Origin: Candidatus Kapaibacterium sp.
GTDB lineage: Bacteria > Bacteroidota > Ignavibacteria > Kapaibacteriales > UBA2268
Direction of reading: 5' to 3'
DNA length: 64,000 bases
Assembly: GCA_963665665.1 (NCBI GenBank)
Contig: OY762428.1
Location: 3,136,001-3,200,000, forward strand
Part shown: positions 38,581-48,760 of the stretch, in pieces
How the letters are laid out: every line of letters starts with the position of its first letter
Numbering within the stretch: position 1 is the stretch's first letter
Translations under genes and position numbers: made by a program
The notes under the pieces: generated by a model
Told to the model about the DNA's origin: nothing
Database searches by the model: none
Seen by the model: only the letters and a program-made list of their open reading frames with translations

Positions 38581-41508
38581 ATGACTCCTGAAGAGAATAA
38601 AATAAAAAAATTGGAAACCGAAATAGAACAATTGAAACAGGAAATAGAAAGCCTGAGAACTACACGATTTCCGGATAAGATTAATTCCGTTTCCGAATTA
38701 TTGAAATTTATATATGATTCAGCTCAGTTTGGTATCGGTATTGCTGATCCTGATATGAACATAATCTATTTGAACAACTACTTTCTTGATTTGCTTGGCT
38801 ATAAGATGGATGAGCTTATAGGAAAGAATGTATCAACATTTCACGATTCTGAAACACTTGCCTTTATGAATAAGTCCAGGGAGGAAATGGCCGATTCCGG
38901 CAAGAGTTTTGCCCGGCAGGTTCCACATTTGAAAAAGAATGGTGAAATAGTTCAGATGCTTTTAAAACCGGTTATTTTTAAAAATAACGAGGGAGAAATA
39001 ATTTATTATGCTACAACTGCTCTGGACCTGACAGAATTACTGGAACTAAATAACCAGCTTGAGGAAAGAGAAATTCATTTCAGGTCTATTTTTGAGAATT
39101 CAAATTTTGCCATTGCTTTTACTGATAATAATTTGAAAATCCAATTTGTAAATGATGCATTTATCAGCTTGTTTGGCTATACTATCGAAGAAATGAAAAA
39201 AATCGGTATTAAAGGAATTTCTCACCCGGATGACTTTGAAGAAGACATTAAATTTTTGCGAAAGATCCGAAGTGAGGAATCCAGTAAATATTCTTTGGAA
39301 AAAAGGTATATAAGGAAAAACGGAGAAGTGTTCTGGGGGAAAATTACCGTTTCGTTAGTAAGGGACAAAGAAGGCAGAATGAGTAATATCCTTGGAATTA
39401 TTGAAGATATCGGGGAAAGGAAGAGAAAAGAAAAATATATTCATAGCCTTAACGACCGCCTGCTAATGGCTTTGAGCCTTAGTAATATGATTATTTGGGA
39501 GATTGATTTGATACGTGGAAAGGTATCGCAATATCTTTCATCAAATAATCAGATAAATGATAATTTTCATCTTAATTCCAGTGTTAAATCTTTGCTGCGC
39601 GGTATCCACGAGGAAGATAAAAATAAAGTTTACGACAGTATAAGACTAATAATTGATAAACATCAAATATTAAACGAAGAATACAGGTTTACATTTCCAA
39701 CCGGCGAAACGCACTGGCTGCAATCTTTTGCACGGCCTGTTGAAATACAGGAGGGTGTTGTTTCAAGAATTCTCGGGGCATCCTGGATTATTACCGACAG
39801 GAAGGAAACGGAGCTTTTCCTGCAAATGAGCCAGGAAAAATATAGTAGTATTGTTGAAAATTCAAGGGATTGTATAGTCAGGTTCGATCGGGATAGGAGA
39901 CATATTTTTGCGAACCATTCAGCACTTGAAAATCTGGATCTGAAATTAGAAAATATTTTGGGGCAGAGAATTGATTCAGCAGGATTTTCTGAAAAAACAG
40001 TTGATCTGATGAATAACAAAATTGATGAGTTATTTACAACGAGAGAATCCCAGCAACTTATTTTTGAATGTGACCTGAATGACTGCCGAAAAGTATTCGA
40101 CTGGAGGATACATCCTGAATATGATGAAAACAAGGAAATAAAATCTATTCTTGCTGTTTCAAGAGACATTACAAAGCAAAAGGAATATGAAAATAACCTA
40201 AAGGAATCCAGAGAAAACGAAGCTTTGATGCATTCTATTGTTTCAGAATTTTTGATGCATTCCGACGAAAAGGTTTATGATGCTGTACAAGATATCCTGT
40301 TGGAAAAATTTGATTGTAAATACGGGTTGTTCGGATTTATTGATGATGACGGGAACCTTGTTCTACCAACACTGTCTACTGAAATATGGGATGTTTGCCG
40401 GGTAGAGGATAAAAAGATAACTTTTGAACCCAAACAGTGGGGAGGGCTTTGGGGCAGATCGCTGAATGAAAAAAAAGTGCTGGTTCAAAATTCCGGCTTG
40501 AAAGTACCAATAGGCCATATCAGGCTTAAAAATGCAATTTCAGTACCGATTATATTCAAAGACGATGTTATTGGTTTGTTGCTATTAGCAGATAAATATT
40601 GTGATTTTGATGATACTGATGTTCTTAGAATGAAAGAAATTGCTGAATATATTGCTCCTGTGCTGTCGGCCAGGCTGGATACTGAAACTCTTAGCCGGCA
40701 GCGGGATCTGGCTGAACAGGAAATTCAGAAAATGAATGTGGAGCTGGAACAGAAGGTCATTAACCGGACTATCGAGCTTAAAGAAACTAACCAGAGGCTT
40801 GAATTTGCCCTGGAAAAAGAGAAAAACCTGAATTCTATGAAAAGCCAGTTTATAAATATGGTATCGCACGAATACAGAACCCCGCTAACAGTTATCATGT
40901 CGTCTGCTCATCTTATTGACAAATTTATAGAGAATGATAAAATTGATAAGATTGGCAATCATACATTAAAAATAAAAAGATCTGTTGATAATATGATAAG
41001 CCTGATTGAAGATGTGGTTAACGTTGGCAAATCCACAGACAAGAAATTAAAAACAAATTTAATCGATATCAATATACTTGCAGAGTTAGAAGATTTAATT
41101 AATGAGTTAAAAAGTGCAAATCATAAGAATCATAACTTTATCATTGATGCTGAAGATATCAAATTCAGAACCGATCGCAAACTTTTTAAATTAATTTGTT
41201 ATAATATTATTTCAAATTCAATAAAGTATTCTCCTGAAAAAACTACTATAGAATTGAAAGCTATATGCGATTCAGAAGGCCTGGTAATTACTTTTATTGA
41301 TCAGGGTATTGGATTTACGGACGAGGATATGAAAAATCTTTATGAACCTTTTTACAGAAATAAAAACCACATCGGCACAATACCCGGAACCGGGCTTGGT
41401 ATGACTATCATCCAGCAATCTGTAGAAGCCCTGAACGGTAATTTTGCCATCAACAGTGCTCCCGGGCAGGGTACTAAAATTTTGCTTATGCTTCCGGCTG
41501 TGAAGTAG
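38581..41508 (+). CDS. Cytoplasmic multi-PAS/GAF sensor histidine kinase
   Basis: Four PAS/PAC repeats, a GAF domain, H-box SHEYRTPLT, N-box NIISNSIKYS, DQGIG and GTGLGM. Confidence 0.93.
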   Translation: MTPEENKIKKLETEIEQLKQEIESLRTTRFPDKINSVSELLKFIYDSAQFGIGIADPDMNIIYLNNYFLDLLGYKMDELIGKNVSTFHDSETLAFMNKSREEMADSGKSFARQVPHLKKNGEIVQMLLKPVIFKNNEGEIIYYATTALDLTELLELNNQLEEREIHFRSIFENSNFAIAFTDNNLKIQFVNDAFISLFGYTIEEMKKIGIKGISHPDDFEEDIKFLRKIRSEESSKYSLEKRYIRKNGEVFWGKITVSLVRDKEGRMSNILGIIEDIGERKRKEKYIHSLNDRLLMALSLSNMIIWEIDLIRGKVSQYLSSNNQINDNFHLNSSVKSLLRGIHEEDKNKVYDSIRLIIDKHQILNEEYRFTFPTGETHWLQSFARPVEIQEGVVSRILGASWIITDRKETELFLQMSQEKYSSIVENSRDCIVRFDRDRRHIFANHSALENLDLKLENILGQRIDSAGFSEKTVDLMNNKIDELFTTRESQQLIFECDLNDCRKVFDWRIHPEYDENKEIKSILAVSRDITKQKEYENNLKESRENEALMHSIVSEFLMHSDEKVYDAVQDILLEKFDCKYGLFGFIDDDGNLVLPTLSTEIWDVCRVEDKKITFEPKQWGGLWGRSLNEKKVLVQNSGLKVPIGHIRLKNAISVPIIFKDDVIGLLLLADKYCDFDDTDVLRMKEIAEYIAPVLSARLDTETLSRQRDLAEQEIQKMNVELEQKVINRTIELKETNQRLEFALEKEKNLNSMKSQFINMVSHEYRTPLTVIMSSAHLIDKFIENDKIDKIGNHTLKIKRSVDNMISLIEDVVNVGKSTDKKLKTNLIDINILAELEDLINELKSANHKNHNFIIDAEDIKFRTDRKLFKLICYNIISNSIKYSPEKTTIELKAICDSEGLVITFIDQGIGFTDEDMKNLYEPFYRNKNHIGTIPGTGLGMTIIQQSVEALNGNFAINSAPGQGTKILLMLPAVK

Positions 41509-41597
41509 GTATTATCTAAATGTAACTTTTCAGGCTATAAAATGTTGGAATAACAAATTGGGAATTGTTTTTTAAATAAATTTTAAGCGGAATAAAT

Positions 41598-44500
41598 ATG
41601 AAAACAAATTTAAGAATTTTATTTTTTACAGTAATTTTTAGTACTTTTTTATCATCTTATAGCAGTGATAAGGTATATTCACAAGAATTTTGGAGCAAAT
41701 CAATGGCTCCTGCCCCAAAACATGTTACATCCTTGCAGGTTGACAGCGAGGATGTGCTTTATGCTTCTACCTGGGGCGGGGGAATGTTCCGCTCGCTTAA
41801 TGACGGTGAAAGTTTTACTGAATTGAACAACGGGCTGGATAATCTTTTTATAAATGATATTTTTGTTGACAGTGACGATAATGTTTGGGTAGGTAGCGAA
41901 GGCGGCGGAGTTTACAAACTTCCTGAAGGTACGTTGGACTGGGAGCAGATGGATGAAGGGCTTCGGCATAAAAAGGTCAGGGCAGTTACGGTAAATTCCG
42001 ACGGACTGGTATTTGCAGGTACTTATGGCGGCGGAGTTTATGTATGGAACTCAGTTGATTCAAAATGGGAAGAATGGAATATTGGCCTTCATTACATGAA
42101 TATCAGCGAACTGTTTATTGCAGATAATGGCGATGTAGTTGCAGGTACTTACGGTGGTGGCTGCTATATTTCGGAAGATGACGGTATAAACTGGGCCAAA
42201 GCGAATTCCGGGTTGGGGAATTTATATATTAACCAGATAATTATGAATTCTTCGGGGGTGTTGTTCGCTGCAACAAATGGCAGGGGAATTGCCACATCTG
42301 TAAATAACGGGCTTTTCTGGACTGAAACAGATACTGTTATGACAGACCTTAGTATTACATGTTTGGCTCTTAACGAAAGCAACGACCTGGTTGCCGGTTC
42401 CCGCACTGACGGGGTTTATTGGTTTGACGGCAGATCCTATATGGAATGGCTGCAATCGTCAATAATCAGGGGCGGAGTTACGGCCATGACTGTCAATTCC
42501 GACGGAGTGCTGTTCTGCACAAGGTCAAACTATGGCCTGTATATTAGTTCGGATAAGGGCAAAACCTGGGATTGGACAGAGTTGTTTTATGATGATGGCG
42601 GCTATGTTGCTTCATCGGACGATACAAGGAAGAGTAAAGTTTTTGCACATAGAAAATATGATAAAACGTGGGTGACTTTTGATAACGGGAATAGCTGGCA
42701 GGGAACAACTTTACCTGATTCAAATATAATTGATTATGCAATCGACGAAAATGGATATGTTTATGCTGCCACAGAATTTTCAGGGCTTTACAAAACCGAG
42801 GACAACGGACAGACCTGGAATTATCTTGAATATAACCAGAAAAGACTCAGCAGTGTGGCTGTAAACAGGGATGACGAGGTTTTTGTTTCAGGCTTATACA
42901 TGACCGCAGGCTCCCAGCCCGAACAAAGAACATTTATTGACAGGTCAACAGATAATGGAAGCACGTGGGAAAAAATCGATCAGCTTAATAACGAAGAAGA
43001 GGCAGTTGATATTCATATAAAACCGGGGGGAGATATTTACTATGGAAGAAAACGAGGCGGAGTTGACAAATCAACAGATAATGGAACAACATGGACTACT
43101 CTTTCCGATATTAATTCAACCGGCTTGATCAATGCTTTCAAGATGAACAAAAAAGGATATATTTTTACCGGTAATTATGATTACCTGCATTGGAGTACTG
43201 ATGATGCAGCTAATTGGGAAATGAGCAATCTTGGAATGAGTACTCCTGAAATATCAGACATCTGCTTTAATACTTCCGACGAGATGTTCCTGATATGTGA
43301 TTATGATGGCGGTATTTACCATATTGAAAATTCATCTATGGAATGGGATTCATCAAATGCAAGTATCTATTACGACAAGCTGAACAGCCTGGGAACAAAT
43401 TCCGAAGGATATACTTTCCTTTGTTCAGATGTTATCTACCGTTCTATTGATCCGGCAAAACTTGAAGTGCCGCAATTATTATCTCCGGCATCCAACACCA
43501 CAGGTATCCACATTGAAAACCTCCGGCTTGACTGGAATGCCGCTGATAATGCTGACCTATACGAATTCCAGGTATCAACAAACGATGATTTTACTTTCCG
43601 GATAGAGTATGTTGTTCAGGCGGATACTTTCAGAATACTGAACAGAACACTGGATAATAACACGGAATATTACTGGCGTGTAAGGTCAAAATTCAACAGC
43701 GCATACAGTGATTGGTCGGAAGTAAGAACTTTCCGGACAGAAATTGCTGCTCCTGAATTAATCTTCCCTGAAAATAATGCTACGGGAATAGCACAGGCTA
43801 TCGAGCTTCTTTGGCATTGGCCGGACGGAGCTGAAACCTTTACGTTGAAAGTCAGCCCCAACAGCGACATGAGTGAAGAGATCATATTTGAAGAAGGTAT
43901 TGAGGACAGCACTAAGATGATCAGTGGCCTGCAACCATATAAAAATTATTACTGGATGGTTAAAGCTTTCGACGAAGTAAGCGAAAGCCCATGGTCGGCA
44001 ACATGGACATTCCGCACAGTTGTAGCTCCTCCCGTGCTCCGTAGCCCGGCTGATGATACATTGAACCTGAACCGGTCTGTTACAATGGAATGGTTTGAAT
44101 CAACCGGCGCTGACAGATATATTATTCAGGTAGCGAGGGACAGCCTGTTTGAAAGTATGGTATATAATGGAAATAGTTCGGAACTACTGTCGCATAATAT
44201 TGATATTCTTGAGTTTAATGCTGTTTACTATTGGAAAGTCCAGGCCGGGGATAAAGATGCTTACGGGCTATTTTCAGATACCTGGAAATACACAACAGCT
44301 TATGCTCCTGTTGTGCTTACCGGGCCAGATAATGATATTATTAATACTGATACAAGCCTTGTCCTTACATGGCAGTATGAAATTGATGACTTAAAATATC
44401 ATTTGCAAATTGCCAAGGATGCGGGATTCAACGATATGATCCTTGATGATACTCTCGAAACCATGTATTCTTATAATCTGAACGACCTGGAATATTATCA

Positions 44501-45149
44501 GGAATATTACTGGCGTATAAGAGTAATTAACGGCGACAGAATTGGCCTGTGGCCTGATTCAAGAAAGTTCAGAACCAGGCTTGGCCGCCCGGAACTTGAT
44601 TATCCGGCTTATGATGCAAAGGAAATTGCTCTGACAATGTATGTTCGCTGGCTGGAACTGAAAGGAGCTGATTATTACAGGTTGCAGCTATCCACCGATC
44701 CCCTTTTCAATAATCCCGAGCATGACATGGATTCAATTGAAATACAAAGAGGCGATTTCTGGTCTCTTCCAAAGAATACAAAGCATTACTGGCGGGTAAA
44801 AGGCTTTAACTCCGATGGTGAAGGACTGTGGTCGGAAACTTGGAACTTTACAACAGGAGACCCCGGAAGTGTTGTTGAAAAGCCTGCCGGAATTAGTGAA
44901 ATGAAAATTTATCCCAACCCATTCCAGTCATCTGTTTCGATAAACCTGACTGCGGCTATACCAATGAATATTGATATTGATATTGTTGATATGAGCGGGC
45001 GCGTGGTCAGATCATTACATTCGGGATACCTGAACAGCGGTGATACTGAATTAAGATGGGAACCCTCGGGATTATCCGGAGGAGTTTATTATATACGAAT
45101 GCAAAGCGGATCTGATATGAGTCTTTATAAGCTTAACTATATGCCGTAA
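41598..45149 (+). CDS. BNR/Asp-box beta-propeller + FN3-like repeat protein with T9SS sorting domain
   Basis: Repeated S.D.G.TW Asp-boxes and GTYGGG; five P.L.SP/YYWRV repeats; C-terminal IYPNPF...LSGGVYYIRM. Confidence 0.85.
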   Translation: MKTNLRILFFTVIFSTFLSSYSSDKVYSQEFWSKSMAPAPKHVTSLQVDSEDVLYASTWGGGMFRSLNDGESFTELNNGLDNLFINDIFVDSDDNVWVGSEGGGVYKLPEGTLDWEQMDEGLRHKKVRAVTVNSDGLVFAGTYGGGVYVWNSVDSKWEEWNIGLHYMNISELFIADNGDVVAGTYGGGCYISEDDGINWAKANSGLGNLYINQIIMNSSGVLFAATNGRGIATSVNNGLFWTETDTVMTDLSITCLALNESNDLVAGSRTDGVYWFDGRSYMEWLQSSIIRGGVTAMTVNSDGVLFCTRSNYGLYISSDKGKTWDWTELFYDDGGYVASSDDTRKSKVFAHRKYDKTWVTFDNGNSWQGTTLPDSNIIDYAIDENGYVYAATEFSGLYKTEDNGQTWNYLEYNQKRLSSVAVNRDDEVFVSGLYMTAGSQPEQRTFIDRSTDNGSTWEKIDQLNNEEEAVDIHIKPGGDIYYGRKRGGVDKSTDNGTTWTTLSDINSTGLINAFKMNKKGYIFTGNYDYLHWSTDDAANWEMSNLGMSTPEISDICFNTSDEMFLICDYDGGIYHIENSSMEWDSSNASIYYDKLNSLGTNSEGYTFLCSDVIYRSIDPAKLEVPQLLSPASNTTGIHIENLRLDWNAADNADLYEFQVSTNDDFTFRIEYVVQADTFRILNRTLDNNTEYYWRVRSKFNSAYSDWSEVRTFRTEIAAPELIFPENNATGIAQAIELLWHWPDGAETFTLKVSPNSDMSEEIIFEEGIEDSTKMISGLQPYKNYYWMVKAFDEVSESPWSATWTFRTVVAPPVLRSPADDTLNLNRSVTMEWFESTGADRYIIQVARDSLFESMVYNGNSSELLSHNIDILEFNAVYYWKVQAGDKDAYGLFSDTWKYTTAYAPVVLTGPDNDIINTDTSLVLTWQYEIDDLKYHLQIAKDAGFNDMILDDTLETMYSYNLNDLEYYQEYYWRIRVINGDRIGLWPDSRKFRTRLGRPELDYPAYDAKEIALTMYVRWLELKGADYYRLQLSTDPLFNNPEHDMDSIEIQRGDFWSLPKNTKHYWRVKGFNSDGEGLWSETWNFTTGDPGSVVEKPAGISEMKIYPNPFQSSVSINLTAAIPMNIDIDIVDMSGRVVRSLHSGYLNSGDTELRWEPSGLSGGVYYIRMQSGSDMSLYKLNYMP

Positions 45150-45728
45150 TCGTTTAGTTATTGAGTACAAATCTCCTTTCGGTGATCGTCCGGAAGGAGG
45201 TTTGTTCGTTTTTAGAGATCCTGGTATTGACAGGCGGTATACGGCTGATACGATTTGCGTGGCCATAAAAGTCATGCCTTTTACCTGAAAGCCACATCTT
45301 CGCAAACCCCTGTGAAAATGCCCTGAATATTGAATATTCCCTGATAGAATTAAGACAGATTTAATTCTCCCGGTGAATCTGTTTAAAAAATTATTTTCAG
45401 CAAACAACGAATCAACCGGGCACAACAAGTTCAAAGCAGTTATAATCAATCTTGCCAAAGGCGTTTACTGAGTAATCCTGAAAACATCGAGCCGGCTTTT
45501 TTATTGGTAAGCTTACGGTGATTATGCAGGGATATGAGAAACTTTTATATTTCAATATTCATAGTAATTAACTGGCTTCAATATTTCTTATAATACTGCT
45601 TTAAAATTAAAATTTTTAAAAAAAACAACAAAAAATGATATAAATTTTCAGGTGCTATTGATTTTATAGTGAAAATTAGATAATTTATAGGAGACAAAAA
45701 TAATAATAGTTTTTTATAGGAAAATTTT

Positions 45729-46085
45729 ATGTTTCTTGAATATTTGCCCCTGATACTAATGTTAGTTATCGGATTTGTCATTGGATTCGCCTTTCTTTTT
45801 GGTTCCGAATACCTTGGTGCCAGGCGCGATACTCCCGGCAAACGAACAACTTACGAAAGCGGTATGATACCCTGGAAAAGCGCAAGGGATCGTTTCTCAG
45901 TAAAATTTTACCTGGTAGCGATGCTGTTTATTTTGTTTGATATAGAAATTGTTTTCATGTATCCCTGGGCTTTGCAGATCAATGAGCTTGGTGTTACCGG
46001 GCTTGTAGCCATGATTTTGTTTATTGTTCTGCTGCTTGCAGGCTATCTGTATGTAATCAAGAAGGGAGCATTGAAATGGGAATAG
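45729..46085 (+). CDS. nuoA: NADH-quinone oxidoreductase subunit A
   Basis: [31 protein letters not shown] and KKGALKWE. Confidence 0.96.
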   Translation: MFLEYLPLILMLVIGFVIGFAFLFGSEYLGARRDTPGKRTTYESGMIPWKSARDRFSVKFYLVAMLFILFDIEIVFMYPWALQINELGVTGLVAMILFIVLLLAGYLYVIKKGALKWE

Positions 46086-46612
46086 ATAAAGCACTTGAAA
46101 AACAGGGATTTATAACAACTTCCGTGGACTGGTTAGTGAAATGGGCTCAGAAGAATTCAGTATGGCCGATGCCGCTTGGCATATCCTGCTGCGGTATTGA
46201 AATGATGGCTTTTGCCAGCCCGCGATTCGATGTGGCAAGATTTGGCTCTGAAGTATTCAGGATGACACCGAGGCAGTCCGACCTGCTGCTGGTTGCTGGA
46301 ACCGTTACATACAAAATGGCATGGGTTGTAAGAAAAATTTATGATCAGATGCCTGACCCGAAATGGGTGGTATCAATGGGTGTTTGTGCTTCCACCGGAG
46401 GTATGTTCCGTAGCTATCCGGTTGTTCAGGGAGTTGACCAGTTCCTGCCTGTTGACGCTTATATTGCGGGATGCCCGCCAAGGCCGGAAGCGGTAATTGA
46501 TGCACTTATGCTGATTCAGGACAAGATTAAAAAAGAACATAAGCCTGATATTATCAATTTTGGTAAAAATGTATCAAAAATGCCAACTCAGGAAAATACG
46601 AGTATTTTTTAA
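46076..46612 (+). CDS. nuoB: NADH-quinone oxidoreductase subunit B
   Basis: [37 protein letters not shown] and GCPPRPE. Confidence 0.96.
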   Translation: MGIDKALEKQGFITTSVDWLVKWAQKNSVWPMPLGISCCGIEMMAFASPRFDVARFGSEVFRMTPRQSDLLLVAGTVTYKMAWVVRKIYDQMPDPKWVVSMGVCASTGGMFRSYPVVQGVDQFLPVDAYIAGCPPRPEAVIDALMLIQDKIKKEHKPDIINFGKNVSKMPTQENTSIF

Positions 46613-46639
46613 CCCTATGTACATAGATCGACACGTTCC

Positions 46640-46666
46640 AAAGCGCCCCCCGATAGGGCGCTTTTT
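46640..46666 (+). terminator. Rho-independent terminator directly after nuoB
   Basis: AAAGCGCCC-CCCGATA-GGGCGCTTTTT. Confidence 0.8.
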
Positions 46667-46888
46667 CAATTTATAAATATTGATTGTATGGTTAAAGCTA
46701 TTATAGCCAATTATTTGCATCTATAATCATAGTTATAGTAATAATACGTTAAACTTGAACAACTAAAATCATATCTAAAAGTATATATATAGGGTTAACT
46801 ATCGGGCAACTATTTCGTTATATTAATTAAGAGAGTAATTCGTTCTTTGAAAAGCAGCAAAAAAAAAACCGTGAAAAATCACGGTTTG

Positions 46889-46974
46889 TACTCGGAGTGG
46901 GACTTGAACCCACACGAACCTTACGATTCCCAGGATTTTAAGTCCTGTGCGTCTACCAATTCCGCCATCCGAGC
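46889..46974 (-). tRNA. tRNA-Leu(TAA)
   Basis: The minus strand reads GCTCGGATGGCGGAATTGGTAGACGCACAGGACTTAAAATCCTG...GGGTTCAAGTCCCACTCCGAGTA: paired acceptor stem, TAA anticodon, long variable arm, no encoded CCA. A hairpin/U-tract terminator follows at 46859-46887. Confidence 0.96.
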
Positions 46975-47127
46975 GGAATTCAAAATTAATTATATTTTTT
47001 GTATTTGCAAAAGTAATTCTTAAAATATAAAAAATAAAATTGTGAGTGCAACTATTAGTTATTAGATTTGTCAATTAAAGTATTGAAAAACAATTATAAA
47101 ATATAAATACCCGAACAGGAGGGCAAA

Positions 47128-48732
47128 ATGAAATTATTTATCAAATACAGCGGAATAGCATTACTGGCAGTATGGATACTCCAGTCCTGCTCGTCGGTTC
47201 AGGGCGAAAAAGACGACTATTTCGGCTATAATAACAATCCCGACCCTATCGAAAGCCCTGCCAGGGTCTCCGAGTCCGATGCAATCAGGAAAGCTGAGAC
47301 TAAAGATGCCTGGACTAATCCTCTTGCCGGCAGTTCCGAAGAAGCTTCCTATACTGGTGGCGAAAACTATGTTCAGGAGGATGGTGCTAACCAGACAGTA
47401 GTGCAGTACACTTATTACAACACAAGCCCGGTTTATGTTCCTGTAATGGTGCCCTGGTGGAGCCAGCATTACTGGTGGAAAAACCGCAGGAGCCATTTCA
47501 GTGTTTATGTTAATTACGGCCCGTACTGGTATGATCCTTACTACAGGGATCCATGGTATTATGCCTATTACACTCCCTGGTATGATTATCATCCATATTA
47601 CGGCGGGTACTGGGTGAATTACCACCATTGGAATTCCTACCATCCCAGGTATCACCACGTTCCTTATGGCTATTACGCCCGGGAAAGGGATAAAATCGTT
47701 AAAAAGGACAGGAATTTCGGGCCTTCACGCGGATATACCCATAATCCTAATACAGGACTCTCGGCAGATAATATGAACAGAGGCAGTCGTTCGGGTTCCA
47801 CAAATACATCCGGAATTGCAAGTTCACGGGGTACAAGCGGCGGATCATTGAAAAGGGGCACAACAACCGGGATTTCTTCCATTGACCGTTCGGGCAGGAC
47901 AGCTACGCTTGCTGATAACAAAACTGCAAGTTCCACTGCCGGCGGTGCTTTCAAGAAAATTACCACACCGGAAAAAAGCAGTTCCAAATCATCTGCTGTT
48001 CCGGTTAGGAATACCGGATTATATACCGGGAATTCCGGGAACTTATCTTCATCCTCTTCAAGGAACTCTACAATAAAGGGAATTTCAAATCCTTCTTCAG
48101 GGTCGAGAATACAGTCCAGGCCTTCAGCAAATTATACCGGAACTCAAAGCAGGTCTTCGAGCGCCGGTACTAATACAAAGAGTTCCCTTACCCCGCGAAG
48201 CAGTGGTTCCTCTTCCAAAACAACATTGAAGCGAGGCTCTACCTATAGTGGAAGCAGCAGGAACAGTTCATCAACTAACAGAAGTTCAACTCCGGTTCTC
48301 AAGAGTCCCGTATCAAGAAGTACCCCCTCTTCAGGCAGTGTTAAATCAACAAGGCCTTCGTACAGTCCTTCGAGCAGTCCGAGAGTGAAGTCGAACAGGT
48401 CAGGAAGTTCAAGTTCAAAATCAACAATTAAATCTCCGCGATCATCCAGGTCGGGATCATCTTCCGGATCATCATACTCATCCCCGAGAAGCAGTTCTTC
48501 TAAAAGTTCTTCACGTTCTACTTATTCGCCACCGAAAAGATCTTCGACTCCCAAATCTTCCGGGTCTTCATATAAAGCTCCAAGAAGTTCGGGATCGTCA
48601 AGTTCTTCACGTTCTTCAGGGTCGTCATATAAGCCGTCAGGCTCTTCTTCGTCATCTAAATCCTCAGGATCAAGATCATCAGGAAGCAGCAGCAGTTCAA
48701 GTTCACCGAAAAGAGGCAGCCGCGGGCGTTGA
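47128..48732 (+). CDS. Lipoprotein with a Tyr/Trp/His-rich segment and a long Ser/Arg/Lys-rich disordered tail
   Basis: GGAGG RBS; lipobox LQSC; DDYF motif; aromatic low-complexity block followed by more than 300 aa of low-complexity tail. Confidence 0.8.
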   Translation: MKLFIKYSGIALLAVWILQSCSSVQGEKDDYFGYNNNPDPIESPARVSESDAIRKAETKDAWTNPLAGSSEEASYTGGENYVQEDGANQTVVQYTYYNTSPVYVPVMVPWWSQHYWWKNRRSHFSVYVNYGPYWYDPYYRDPWYYAYYTPWYDYHPYYGGYWVNYHHWNSYHPRYHHVPYGYYARERDKIVKKDRNFGPSRGYTHNPNTGLSADNMNRGSRSGSTNTSGIASSRGTSGGSLKRGTTTGISSIDRSGRTATLADNKTASSTAGGAFKKITTPEKSSSKSSAVPVRNTGLYTGNSGNLSSSSSRNSTIKGISNPSSGSRIQSRPSANYTGTQSRSSSAGTNTKSSLTPRSSGSSSKTTLKRGSTYSGSSRNSSSTNRSSTPVLKSPVSRSTPSSGSVKSTRPSYSPSSSPRVKSNRSGSSSSKSTIKSPRSSRSGSSSGSSYSSPRSSSSKSSSRSTYSPPKRSSTPKSSGSSYKAPRSSGSSSSSRSSGSSYKPSGSSSSSKSSGSRSSGSSSSSSSPKRGSRGR

Positions 48733-48760
48733 TAACATAATTATTATGGAGAGGTAAAAA

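Noticed and set aside
45072-45458. 128-aa minus-strand ORF upstream of nuoA
   Set aside because: It overlaps the end of the upstream gene and its terminator hairpin, has no RBS or motif support, and is probably spurious.
46889-46974. tRNA-Leu as the integration site of an island
   Set aside because: No integrase nearby and no duplicated tRNA 3' end noticed in the window; the flanks are core genes.
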